Below are positions 1 to 11,000 of a DNA stretch of 64,000 bases, piece after piece. Position numbers and translations under genes: made by a program. Source of the stretch: the human T2T-CHM13v2.0 reference genome, Homo sapiens. Where the stretch lies: assembly GCF_009914755.1 (NCBI RefSeq), contig NC_060935.1. One strand, given 5' to 3'. Under the pieces are notes generated by a model. That model was not told the origin of the DNA, ran no database searches, and was given only the letters and a program-made list of their open reading frames with translations. Position 1 is the stretch's first letter; every line of letters begins with the position of its first letter.

Positions 1-149
1 TGTTGGGGGCTTTGCGCTTTCTTGAAGCAACTTCCCCAACCCTGGCATCCAGGTTTTCCCTCCGGCACCCCTCCACCCCTGCTCAGACCGCCCCCCTCAG
101 GAAGGTCAGAGCTGGCCCTGGTATCCACAGAGGCACCTGCCCAATCCCC

Positions 150-373
150 CCGCACTCCTTTGCCTGTGTGTTTTTCTCCAGAGCACTTATGCCCACCCAA
201 CATGGTCCATCTCATGGTTACTTACTGTTTATTTGGTTTATTGTTCATCTCCCTGAACTACAGAATGTCAGCTCCTGAGGATGGTGACTTGTTCACCGCT
301 GCACCCTCAGCACCCAAAGGAGAATCTGGCGGTCAGGAAATGCTCGGTGGATGTTTGTTGAATGAATAAATGA
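150..373 (+). mobile_element. L2 LINE 3' end fragment
   Basis: 'agaatgtcagctcctgagg...ttgttcaccgctg...tgtttgttgaatgaataaatga' follows the L2 3' terminal consensus. Confidence 0.8.
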
Positions 374-1440
374 TGCTGACAATGGAGACCGTCCAAACGT
401 CTAAGCCAGTTAGCGTGCAGACACTCAACCCACCATGTGGAAACATGGGAACCCACTGAGAGGGAAAGGCAGAGGTGGACGTGCACCTGCGGCGATTAAT
501 TAAATCCACGTGAATGTGTTCACAACCTTTGCAAGGAGCACAGACACAGGGCGTGAGAGGACAGAGGACACATTCTCCCTTTCTGTCGCCGAGATCTGAG
601 CAGCCCAGGGTGAAACTATCCACTCAGCAAGACCTTACAAGAAAATCAAACAGCCCATGCACTGCTTTGATCTGCGTCCTTGCTGGCAGGAGGGCTGGGA
701 CTGGCCAGGCCTGGCTCTGGTCAGCCACCCCATTGGCAGGACCCTGCCAGTGGCCTGCCGTGTGTCTCTGTGTCCTGGGTCTCTCAGTGGTGTGGCAGTC
801 CTCGGCTGGATGGCATCCAAAGTCCTTTCCATTTCCAACCAGGTTGAACAGCGTAGGTGGCTTCCTTTGAGTTGAGTCGCCTGGCCAGGGTAAGACAGCG
901 GTGAGGGCCCAGCCAGGTCCCATCTGTAAGTCGGAAGCAGGTGGGAGGGTGAAATTCCTGGCCCAGCCCTGGGGTGAGTCTCCTTACGGATGCACCAAAT
1001 GGAACAAGCCATGAGAACTGCCATGCAATGGTTGGGGTCCTTCGGGGAGAACTGCCGTAAACACCTGCTTGGGATCTAAAGCAGACTGTGGGTCTCGGGT
1101 GAACAGAAGGCATGCCTCTCACTCTGCCTCGAGCATGTGCAAGCTTCAGGATCTTCACAGTGACACTAGGGACGGGGACCTTTGGAATAGTATTATGAGA
1201 CCTGAAAAAAATAACATGTGGGTGTCAGACCCATGCCAGGGCTGAGTGGATCATTAGATAATCATTATCATCATTTTTGTCATTGTTATCTCCATCCTGG
1301 CAACTCCAACTGGATGCTCTTATTATTAATATTATTTTGCATTGAGTATTAATTATTAATATTATTAACTGACTAATATTAATTATGTAAACATTATTAT
1401 GCATTGTTAATATTATTAATATTCATATTTATTATTAATA

Positions 1441-1588
1441 TTATTTTGCAAGGACAAATGATAATTGTATATTAATATTATTTTGCATTGACAAATGGTG
1501 ATTGTATGTTAATATTATTTTGCATTGACAAGTAGTAATTGTATATTAACATTATTTTGCACTGACAAATGGTAATTGTATATTTATG
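1441..1588 (-). repeat. 37-bp AT-rich minisatellite (4 copies), derived from an L1MA 3' terminus
   Basis: 'ttattttgca' recurs at 1441, 1478, 1515 and 1552. The reverse complement of the unit resembles the L1MA end 'ATATACAATTATTATTTGTCAATTAAAAATAA'. Confidence 0.85.
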
Positions 1589-1599
1589 TGATGCGTTGA

Positions 1600-1688
1600 T
1601 ACCTGTGAGCAAGGAGATGGATATGTTAATAGCTTGATTGAATCATTCCCTATTGTATGTGTTTATCAAAACATTACACTGCACCCCA
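1600..1688 (+). mobile_element. L1MA 3' UTR fragment
   Basis: 'gatggatatgttaatagcttgattgaatcattcc...atcaaaacattacactgcacccca' matches the L1MA 3' UTR. Confidence 0.75.
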
Positions 1689-1931
1689 CTGGACCCTTGA
1701 ATCTCATCATCTGATGGTGGGCTTCGTTCAGGCCAACAGAGAAGAGTGGGGTGGCTGCTTCTGGAAGCCTTTCTTCTGATGATTGTAGGGGGAATTCTCC
1801 TAGCAGCCCTCTTTCTCATTCTTAGAATATGTCTGAGTTCTGAAAGCAATGTGGCAAGGCTGAGGAGAATCCTTTGAGGGCCCAACTGTCCTGACTTCAA
1901 GGTCCTAACACCTCCTTAGAGTTGACTTAAG

Positions 1932-2395
1932 TACACACAAAGATCTGTGCACAGATGTGTGTAGAGTCTGTATTCTTAAACACCCCAGACTAGAAACAAC
2001 CCAAATGTCTTTCAGCTGAGGAATGATGAACAAACTGTGGTACATCCATTCAGTGGAATACTACTGAGCCATGAAAAAGAACAAGCCAAATGGATGGTCC
2101 AAAATGCATCGTGCTAAGAAGCCGACTCAAAGTCTGCACACTGTATGATTCCATTTATGTGATGTTCTGGAAAAGGCAAGACTGTAGGGGCAGGAAACGG
2201 GTTCTGTGTTTCCCAGGAGCAGGAGGAGGGGGAGCAGAGTGAGAAGTTTTTTGTGCTGATGAGGCTGTCCTGGATCTCAGTTGTGGCAAAGGGATCAAAC
2301 ACAGCTGTGTTTGTCAAACTCACATAACTGTACACTTTAAAAGGGTGAATTTTATTGCATGCAAATCTTACCCTAATAAAAATGTTTAAAATAAT
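1932..2395 (+). mobile_element. Old L1 (L1MD/L1ME-type) ORF2 end and 3' UTR
   Basis: 'gaaacaacccaaatgtc', 'aaactgtggtacatccat', 'tgtatgattccatttat', ending 'aataaaaatgtttaaaa'. Confidence 0.8.
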
Positions 2396-2449
2396 AACAT
2401 CATATGAATTTGTTGACAAAAAAAAAGGTGCATGTAAAAAACATTTGTC

Positions 2450-2775
2450 TTTATCTTAGGGGTTTTGGTTGCAAGTAACAGAAGCCCTAACCCTTCTGCA
2501 AAACTGGGAACATGCTGGCTTATGTAACAAGAGAACCCAGCTGTAAACCTTAGGCACCACACGACTGAGAAGGTGACAATGATGGCATGACAACACCATC
2601 TCTGTGCATCTGCTGTCTCTATGCTGACTTCACTTTCAGGCCAACGCGAGGGACTTTTGTGATTCTGATGGGAAGAAAGAGTCTATGTTCAGACCCACTC
2701 TGGCCGAAATCCCAGGTAGAACTCTCATTGGTCTAGCTTGGGTCATGTGGCCATCCCTGGGCCAATCAGAGGGAA
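2450..2775 (-). mobile_element. Old MaLR LTR (MLT1K/L-like)
   Basis: 'ttggttgcaagtaacagaa' at the start and 'ctcattggtctagcttgggtcatgtggccatccctgggccaatca'. Confidence 0.55.
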
Positions 2776-2794
2776 GAATATTTTTTCCTGTTAG

Positions 2795-3345
2795 AAAGGG
2801 ATGAGCTCGCAAGTCATGGGAAGACTCACAGGAAGCTGAAATGCATATTGCTAGATAGAAGAACCAATCCGAAAAGGCTACTTTCTCTATGATTCCAACT
2901 ACGTGACTTTCTGGAAAAGGCAAAACTATGGAGATGGTAAAAAGGTCAGTGGTTGCCAGGGGTTAGCGGGGAGGGAGGGATGGACAGGAGGAGCACAGGA
3001 TGCTTAGGGCAGTGAAACTCTTCTGTAGGATACTGGCGCGGTGGGCACATGTCCCCATAACATTTGTCAAATTTCATGGAACGTACTGCACCAAGTGTGA
3101 GCCCTCATGTAAACTAGGAGCCTTAGTCTCATAATAAAGTAATCCCAGGCGCTCCTCAGTTGTGACAAAGGAGCCGATCAGCGTGGCCAGAAGGACGCCT
3201 GGTGCCTGACACCCGGCACCAAAGTGAGATGTTAGTAATAGGGGGAACTGCGGGTAGGGGGCGGATGTGGAAACTCTCTGCACTTTCTTCTCAATTTTTC
3301 TGTAAACCTGAAACTGCCAGAAAAAAATAAAATTAACTTTAAAAA
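2795..3345 (+). mobile_element. L1MC 3' UTR
   Basis: 'ggaaaaggcaaaactatggagatggtaaaaaggtcagtggttgccagggg' through 'tgtaaacctgaaactgc...aaataaaatt'. Confidence 0.85.
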
Positions 3346-3401
3346 CGAGACGAAGAAGTGGGAGAGATATTGGACAGGCAAGGGACAAAGGTTCAACACA
3401 A

Positions 3402-3470
3402 GTGTGCATGGGTGTGTGGGTGCGCGTGGATGCATGTGGGTGCGCGTGGGTGCATGTGGGTGCGCGTGGG
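3402..3470. repeat. 10-bp GT-rich tandem repeat (alternating tgcgcgtggg / tgcatgtggg)
   Basis: Directly visible periodicity. Confidence 0.8.
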
Positions 3471-3606
3471 AAGGCAGTACTGACCACATGTGCGCTTCAT
3501 ACCCATGAACCTGCTGATACATGTGTGAGTGCCAGCTTTGCCACATCCTCCCCAGAAACCACTTTTCTCTTTTTAAAACCCATTTTGTTAACGTTAAGGT
3601 GTATAA

Positions 3607-3923
<317 letters not shown>

Positions 3924-4969
3924 ACCTTTGCTAATTTTAACTGGAATTAAAAAAAAATTATCTAATAAGAAAGGCAGCTGTCTAACCCTAACACCAAGTT
4001 TGCAGGATTGAATTAGTGCGTAACTACACTCGTGTAAATGCACACACAGCCATGCACACGTGTGTCGGAAGAAGAATGGAAGGGTACATGCTAATCCTTG
4101 TGAGGGTTATTAGTGGCTGAGAGGTTGCAGGTGATATTTTTCCATCTCTTCTTTCCAAGGTGTGCATACTGAACATATATTGCTTGTATAACTCAAATAA
4201 ATAAATAGATAGATAGATAGTAAGCCATATGCGAGGGAAGGGGTGAGGTCGAGTGTTTCCTTTTGTTCTGGACGTCTGGAATCAGCCCGAACCCAGGATT
4301 GCCCCTAATGATTGAGGGGAGATTGGGGACGTGTCGAGGTAAAAGACGATGCGTTATTTTTGTAATAAGTGTAAACAAAATGTTTTTAACGTGCCTTTTT
4401 TCTTACCCCTGCTAAGGTAAAATGAGTGCCTCAGTTTGGGGTCAGCAGAGGGGAGAAGAAGCCAGAGATGCTGAGAAGGAACTTTCTTTTCCCTTTTCAG
4501 AGAAAAGGATTTCTGCTTTCAAATCCGCTGTTTCCTGAGGCTGGGTGCTGAGTTCAGCTGCCCCTGGAGGAGCAGCAGCTCTGGGCCGCTGGCAGGGCCG
4601 CATCCTCTTCAGTCTGGACAAATTCCCTGCAGCCAGGGGAAGTGGCCCATGCCTGCTGTCCTGGTATGCAACATCGGACCTGCATGCTGGAATTTGACCC
4701 TTTTCCTGCCTGACACCCAGCAAAATAAACCCCAGGGAAGGGATCAATGCCTGCAACCGGAATCCAGAAGAAAGAGGAGTGACAGATAAGCCCTGGGTCA
4801 GAGGCCAGTGAGGTCAGGACCTCCCAGGGACGGACACACAGCCCAAGGTTTGGGTGTGAGATTTCAGAGCCCCAGGTAATAAAAATAAAAGAGTTAAGGT
4901 GCCTAGCAGCTCAGTCCCTCACAGTGCTACCTGGGGCAAGGATGGAAATTCACCTCAGTTTGCTGTGGT

Positions 4970-5402
4970 TGCTATTGGCTGAATCATGTCCTCCCAAAAT
5001 TCATATGTTGGAGTGTACCTCGGGATGTGGTATCTCAGGATACCTCAGTACCTCGGGATGTGGCGTTGTTTGGAGAAAGGGTCGCTAGAGAGGTAATTAA
5101 GTTAAAATGAGGCCATGAGGGTGGGCCCAAATCCAATTTAATTGGCATCCTTCTAAAAAGGGGAAATTTGGACACAGAGAGAGACACAAACAGGGAGGGC
5201 GCCCTGGGAACAGGAAGGCGGCCACCTCCAAGCCAAGGAGGTCCTGGAGCAGATCCTCGTCTCAGAGCTCCAGCGGGAACCACCCCTGCCCAACCTTCAT
5301 TTTGAACTTCTGGCCTCCAGAGCTGTGAGACGATACACTTCTGTGGTTTAAGCCGTGTAGCCTGTGGCACTTGGTTATAGCAGCCCCAGGAAGCCCAACA
5401 CA
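4970..5402 (+). mobile_element. MLT1B/C MaLR solo LTR
   Basis: 'tg...ctgaatcatgtcctcccaaaattcatatgttg' through 'ggttatagcagccccaggaagcccaacaca'. Contains an internal 16-bp duplication at 5015 and 5048. Confidence 0.85.
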
Positions 5403-5527
5403 GTGGCCAAAACAGAGAGGACAGCTGGCTTGCTAACGTCACACAGCACACTGACGAGCAGGGTCTTCAACTCACTACTCAGGAACCCAGTAGTCAGGGG
5501 TGAGGGGGAATGCCCTTCCAATATGGC

Positions 5528-5640
5528 TAGAGCCAGACTGTCTGGGCCCAATCCCCAGCTTTGTATGTATTACCTAACCTGTCTGTGCCTCAGTTTACCA
5601 AGCTATAAAATGGGCATAATGACAGCACCTGCCTGGTGAT
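5528..5640 (+). mobile_element. MIR SINE fragment
   Basis: MIR core 'tgtgcctcagtttaccaagctataaaatgggcataat'. Confidence 0.7.
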
Positions 5641-6284
5641 GCTCTTGGAGGGATGAAAGGAGGCAACGGTGTGGGCATCTGGACGGCACCAGGCATTGCC
5701 CTGAGAGCTGGCCATGCGGGGAATGCTCCATCCTTACGCCAGCCAGGTGTTGCCACCCCTCTCTTGCTGATGGAGACCAGGAGGGTCGGGACAGAAGGCC
5801 TTGCCCAAGGTCTCACAGCCAGGAGCCTGCCTCCACTGGTCCCTGTGTGGCCAGTGCTGCCCTGGGGGCTGCTGCTGTGCACTGGAGGGTCAGCTGCATG
5901 GAGGAGCCAGAGGAGATGGTGCCGAGGACAGAGCTTGCGGCCCTGTACCTGGCTCCCAGAGGAATGGGTCTTGGAGCTGCTCTGCACAGACACTGACCTT
6001 GAGGAGAGACAGAGGCACCACTCCCTCCTCCACTCGCTCAGGTGAGCATTCAAAGCGTCATAGGTAACCAGGAGCACTAGTTGGCATGGCGATTTCAGAG
6101 GTGAGTCCAATGTGGACCCTGGCCCTGGGAAGGTCACAGTTTGATGGAAGATGCCAGACTCACACATTCACTCACTCACTCATTCCCTCGTGTATTCATT
6201 CCGCAAAGCTTCACTCATTACCTACCTGGGGCCAGGACTCAGTCTCAGAGCCAAGGAGAGCGTGGTTGGGAGGAGACTCAGACG

Positions 6285-6801
6285 CTTTCCAGCATCCCTG
6301 CCCCCAGGTGTCTACACACCTGTGTACTCCCCAACTTGGAGTGTGGCAGGGCTGCAAAGAGGGTGGATGTGCTCCCGTGGTGAGGTTACTTTATATCGCA
6401 AAGGTGCCGGACTTCTGCAGGTGTAATTAAGGTCCTAACCAGCTGTCCTTGAGTTAATCAAAATGGAGATGATCCTGGGTGGGCCCAAGCTAATCAGGTG
6501 AGCCCTTTCAAAATGGCCTTGAAGTCAGAGACTCTCCTGCAGGATTTGGAGATCCAGCCCCATGAGGAACAGGGGCAAGGAAATGCAATCTTCCACAACC
6601 GAGAGAGCTTGGAAGAGGGTCCCAAACCTCAGAGGAGACCCCAGCTCCGGTTGGCACCTTGACTGCAGCCCCATGAGACAGAAGACCCAGCTATGCCATG
6701 TCCTGGCTCCTGACCTGCCCAAACTTTAAGACAATAGATAAATGCCATTTTAAGCTTTTCAATTGGTGACCATTTGTTACGCAGCAATAGAAAACCCACA
6801 C
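6285..6801 (+). mobile_element. MLT1E-type MaLR LTR
   Basis: 'taattaaggtcctaaccagctgtccttgagttaatcaaaa...gatcctgggtgggccc' and the terminus 'tttgttacgcagcaatagaaaac'. Confidence 0.8.
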
Positions 6802-7864
6802 GAAGGGTACATTTCCTGAGCCAGGCACAGATTCTGTGGTTGAGAAGCTGGGGAGGGGAGGGGGAGAGAGATGCTTCATTTGTTCATTCACACCCATCTC
6901 ACCGTTCCGCCGGCACATGGGCTGAGCTTCCCCTGTGTGCTGGGCATTGGACCTGCCCTGTGGGAGCTCAGCGTGTGGGTGGCCAGAGTCCTAAGGACCG
7001 ACACGGGGGCCACTGGAGCTGGCACGCAGTGGCATGGGGAGAGGGGTTTCCAGAAACACCAGGTGTGCCCTGCTTTGGCTGCATACCCTCAGCTAGGGCT
7101 GGGACAGTCACTCTGAACTGGCTACCAGGGTGCTGGGCACGGGATAGCTGTGGCCTGGCCAACCGCCTCTGGTCCACTCGAGTGTGTGTGCCGGGCATCC
7201 ACTCTCCCACCCAGGCTCCTTCCCAGGCTTTCGGCGCACCCCTCAAACCATCCTAAGTCCCAGCCCCCCACCATGGGTTGGATCTGCCTGCCTGTTCCCT
7301 CAGGCGGCCCCAACGTGACTGGTCAGGTGAGTGCCCAGGGCCTTGCTGTGCTGTCCCGAGACCATCCAAGGGGCCGCCTGCCCACGCCACTTGGATAGCA
7401 TGCGGCCTGGAGGTACTGCCCTGGGCTCCCCCGCGTTTAAACATGACCCCTGACCCTGCCCGCTGCATGGAACACACGGAGCCCTTCAGGGAACGGGGCC
7501 ACAGCCCAGGCCCTGCCGCCTCCTATGGCCCCACTACCTGCCCCGACGCCTCGTGCTGCATGGGGTTCCCAGAGCTGAGGCAGCCAAGGGTCAGCCTGAG
7601 CACTGCCAGCGTCGGGGGCTGCTTGGAGCCTGACATCTTCCACCCCTCCATGCCGGGCCCTTCACACTCGGCTGCGAGCTTCCCCAGTGATGCCACGCTG
7701 ATCCTGCCCACCACCTCAAATCAGGCCCACTCACTAGACCCACTTCACAGGAAAGGAAACCAAGGCTCAGCTTGAAGATGCCACTTGCCCTAGGGCGCTT
7801 GGAGAGACAGAAGGAGAGGCCAACAGCTGAACCAACGGTGACCCCAGGCCTCTGCTTACCCAAG

Positions 7865-8250
7865 CACCTGCTGATGGGCATTTGGGTGGTTTCCAGCTTG
7901 GGGCTGTTACAAATAAAGCCGCTGGGAACCTTTGTGTACGAGATTTGGGGAGGCTGTGCACTTTAATCTCCCTTTGGAGAATACCCAGGAGTGGAATGGC
8001 TGAGTCACACATAGATGGATATTTAGCTTTGGAAGAATCTGCAGAAGAGGTTTCCAAAGAGCTGGTACCCGTGGTGTGGGAGGGGTCCAGTGGCCCCATG
8101 TCCTCGCTGGCACTGAGTCGGTCAGTCATTTTTATTTCAGCGTCCTACTAGGCGGATACTGGGTCACGCTCACTGGGGTTCCTTGGGGACTCCAGTTACC
8201 TATGCTAGGCTACTTGATGTCCCAGAACTCACTGCTGTTCTGTTCTTCCT
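7865..8250 (-). mobile_element. L1M ORF2 C-terminal remnant
   Basis: The minus-strand ORF 7767-8129 contains 'DSAIPLLGILQRE...AALFVTAPSWKPPKCPS', similar to the L1 ORF2p C-terminus (DPAIPLLGIYP...AALFTIAKTWKQPKCPS). Confidence 0.85.
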
Positions 8251-8760
8251 TGTCTTTTTTTTAAGTCTTTTTTCTCCTTGTATTCCATTTTGGAGAATTT
8301 CTATGACTGTGTTTTTAAGTTCATTATTATTATTTTTTTTTACACTGTCTCATCTGCTGTTAATTCCTTGTATCGTATTGTTTTTAATCTTGGTCAGTGT
8401 GGGTTTCCTTCTCATCTCCCAGCCTTTCTCACCTGGGCAGGTGCAGTGCTGGCCTCTGGCCTGGCCATCTGCCTCCACTCACACCCCCTCCACTCCGTGC
8501 TCCCCACAGTCCCATGGCTGTGTGCTTTTTTCTAGCCATGTGGAAATTCCTCTGTTGGCTCCCTTTGCATTTTGAATAAAACTCAAATTCCTCTCATGGT
8601 CTACAGGGTTTTCACAGCTTGGCCTCCACGTGCTCCTTCCTCCCGAAACCCCTCAATGCCCCACGCCCTGACCCCTGGCACACTGGGCCTCTTTTCCTCC
8701 CTAAAGCACATCCCACTGAGTCCACCCACCTCTGAGCTATGTTCATACCTCTGTTGGGAA

Positions 8761-8990
8761 TTACATTCACATTCACACATGCACACACACTCACACACAT
8801 GTATGCAGGCACAGAAACATCCATGAAACCTGCCTGCACACAGACACACTCAGATAGACACGTGCACATGCACATCTGTGCACACACAGATACACAGGTA
8901 CAGTCATGCTCAAAGCACACACAGACATGCATGCACACATGTGTACATGGATGAACATGCATGTGAATATATGCATACGTGTGTGTGCAG
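8761..8990. repeat. Degenerate (CA)n/(CATG) low-complexity tract
   Basis: Directly visible. Confidence 0.85.
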
Positions 8991-9039
8991 GCCCCACATA
9001 GCCAGCTCCTTCTCTTCCAGGAGACTCTTGACAACTTTT

Positions 9040-9178
9040 GTAGTTGTATTATTTGCTTGTCTGATGAACCTGGATATTTTTTCTTTCCTCCCCACCAGAA
9101 TCCAAACTTCTTGAGAGCAGGGCCCAGCACATAGCAGGTGCTCAGCGAATGAATGAATGAATGAATGAATGAATTAAT
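9040..9178 (+). mobile_element. L2 3' end with (GAAT)n tail
   Basis: 'cagcacatagcaggtgctcagcgaatgaatgaatgaatg'. Confidence 0.75.
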
Positions 9179-10539
9179 GTGCAGATGGATGGAGGGAGAG
9201 GCGGGTAAATAGGCTACACCTGTTCTGTTCAAAGGGGTATGGCTTTGAACCCTGGCCCTTCTGCCCCCACACCATGGCCACCAGCACGTCATTTAACCTC
9301 CTGGCCCCCTGCTTCTGGATGGTAGGATAACTGGATCTGACATGGCCCATGGTGGACGGTTGAGCTGATTCCCTGTCTTTCCCACTGGGCTGCGCGTCCC
9401 CTGTCCTGTAGGTCTTGCCCAGACGCCATCACCTCACAGTGTCTAGCCCACCATAGCTGCCCAGCAAAGATTTTGCTGAAAGGATGCCCGTCCTGGGGCT
9501 GAGGTCCCAGCAACAGCGGCCCTGCCCATCCAGCTATCTCTCTCCCTCTCCCCAGCACCTTCTCCCTCATCACTGCAGCTTCCATTTTGCCCTTACTCTC
9601 TGCAAAACAGCTGCAAGCCTGGGTCTCTTGTGCCTGGGGCCCAGAGCTCAGGGGAATGGCTGCTCCATGTGCCCTGAGAAGCCAGAATGTGGGTGGCCAG
9701 GTCTAGGGTGTGGCCTGGAGGAACCCGAGCTGCTGGAGGCTGCCACGTGCTCACTGCTAGTGACTGGGAAATGTGTGTGAGCAGGGGCCCTTTCTTTATG
9801 GTAACGTGTCCTCGGTGTGATGGTGGTCCCTGGAGAACTCCACTGTGCTTCTCAGCGGGCCCCCAGGAGGGACAGGGCCCTGTGCTCTCCTTCCAGAGTG
9901 AGGCTTGTCCACTTACCTTATGGTGCTAGGAACTGCCTGGAACGGGGGCTGTAGGGTCAGGAAGGGGGCTGTGGGGAGGGAGTGTGAGGCCCTGAACAGG
10001 ACTGCTCTGCTGTGCTGCTCACATCCTGGTAACTCCATGCCTCCGTTTTCTCTCCTGTCAAATGGGTGGCAAAGCCACACCCTTTTGAATAGAATACCTG
10101 CCCGGTCTTCACCTGGTGTGGAACCCAGCAGGTGTAGCCCTTTCCCAGAAGAATAAAGCAAGAACAGTTTTACTCTTAGCTGATCACAGTCACCAAGTCC
10201 AAAGGCTGGGATCCACGTACTGGGATGTCTCCTGTCACGCCCACCCAAAAGGGAGCCTCTTGTACTGCAGTGTAGAGGGGTCTTGATGCTCTCACTCTCT
10301 CTACCCATCAGTCTTTTCCACCCTCTGCCTCCCTGGGGACACAAGGCTCTGGGGCTCAGAGGGTAACCAGGGGCTCCACCCTGAGGCTGGGGGAAGCGGT
10401 TTCTCCCTGCGTGTCCCTGGATGGGCCCTGGATCTCCACTTCTCCCTGGCGGAGTAGCTTCAACCTAAACCCTGACTCTCATGACTAGAGACACCATTCA
10501 TGTCCTCTCTCTGAAGTACCATCTGTGTCACCAGGTCTC

Positions 10540-11000
10540 TCTCTATGGACCGGGGTGCTGATGGGGGTGAGGCTGTGGATCTGCAGAGACAGGATGCACA
10601 GGTCTGTGGATGGATTCCTGATCGTGGATATGGACAGGGAGAAGCAAGGAGATTGTAGAGGTTTCTGGATGGAGCTAGTGGAGGGGTGGCAGTGGGATTT
10701 ACTGAGATGGGGAAGATGGGAGTTGAGTTGCCTGGGAAAGGATTGGACACCAGCTTGGACACGATCTGCTTGACATGTCTGGGAGACCCCAAAGGGAGAT
10801 GTCAAGTGGATGGCCGGATATATGGGTCCAGAGTTTGGAGGAGAGGTCATGGCTGAAGAGACAAATTTGGAAGTCATTGGCATAAGGATATTTCAATCCA
10901 TGGGAACTGATGAGGTCACCCAGGGAGAAGAAGGGTTGAAAGAGAAAAAAACCAAGGAACCCTCAAATCCCATGGGACCAGAAGCCCCAGGCGATCAGGG
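10540..11000 (-). mobile_element. L2 LINE reverse-transcriptase region remnant
   Basis: ORF 10699-10896 reads 'YANDFQICLFSHDLSSKLWTHISGHPLDISLW', a degenerate L2 RT segment (YADDSQIY..SPDLS.ELQ..IS..LLDISTW). Confidence 0.85.

Noticed and set aside
1441-1588. 37-bp repeats as a CRISPR-like array
   Set aside because: The units are directly tandem with no unique spacers, are L1-derived, and lie in a primate genome.
8612-9292. 226-aa Cys/His/Val-rich ORF
   Set aside because: Reads through a degenerate CA tract and an L2 tail.
10699-10896. RT-like 'YAND' peptide as a novel retroelement or gene
   Set aside because: It is a decayed L2 ORF2 fragment with the catalytic YADD motif mutated.
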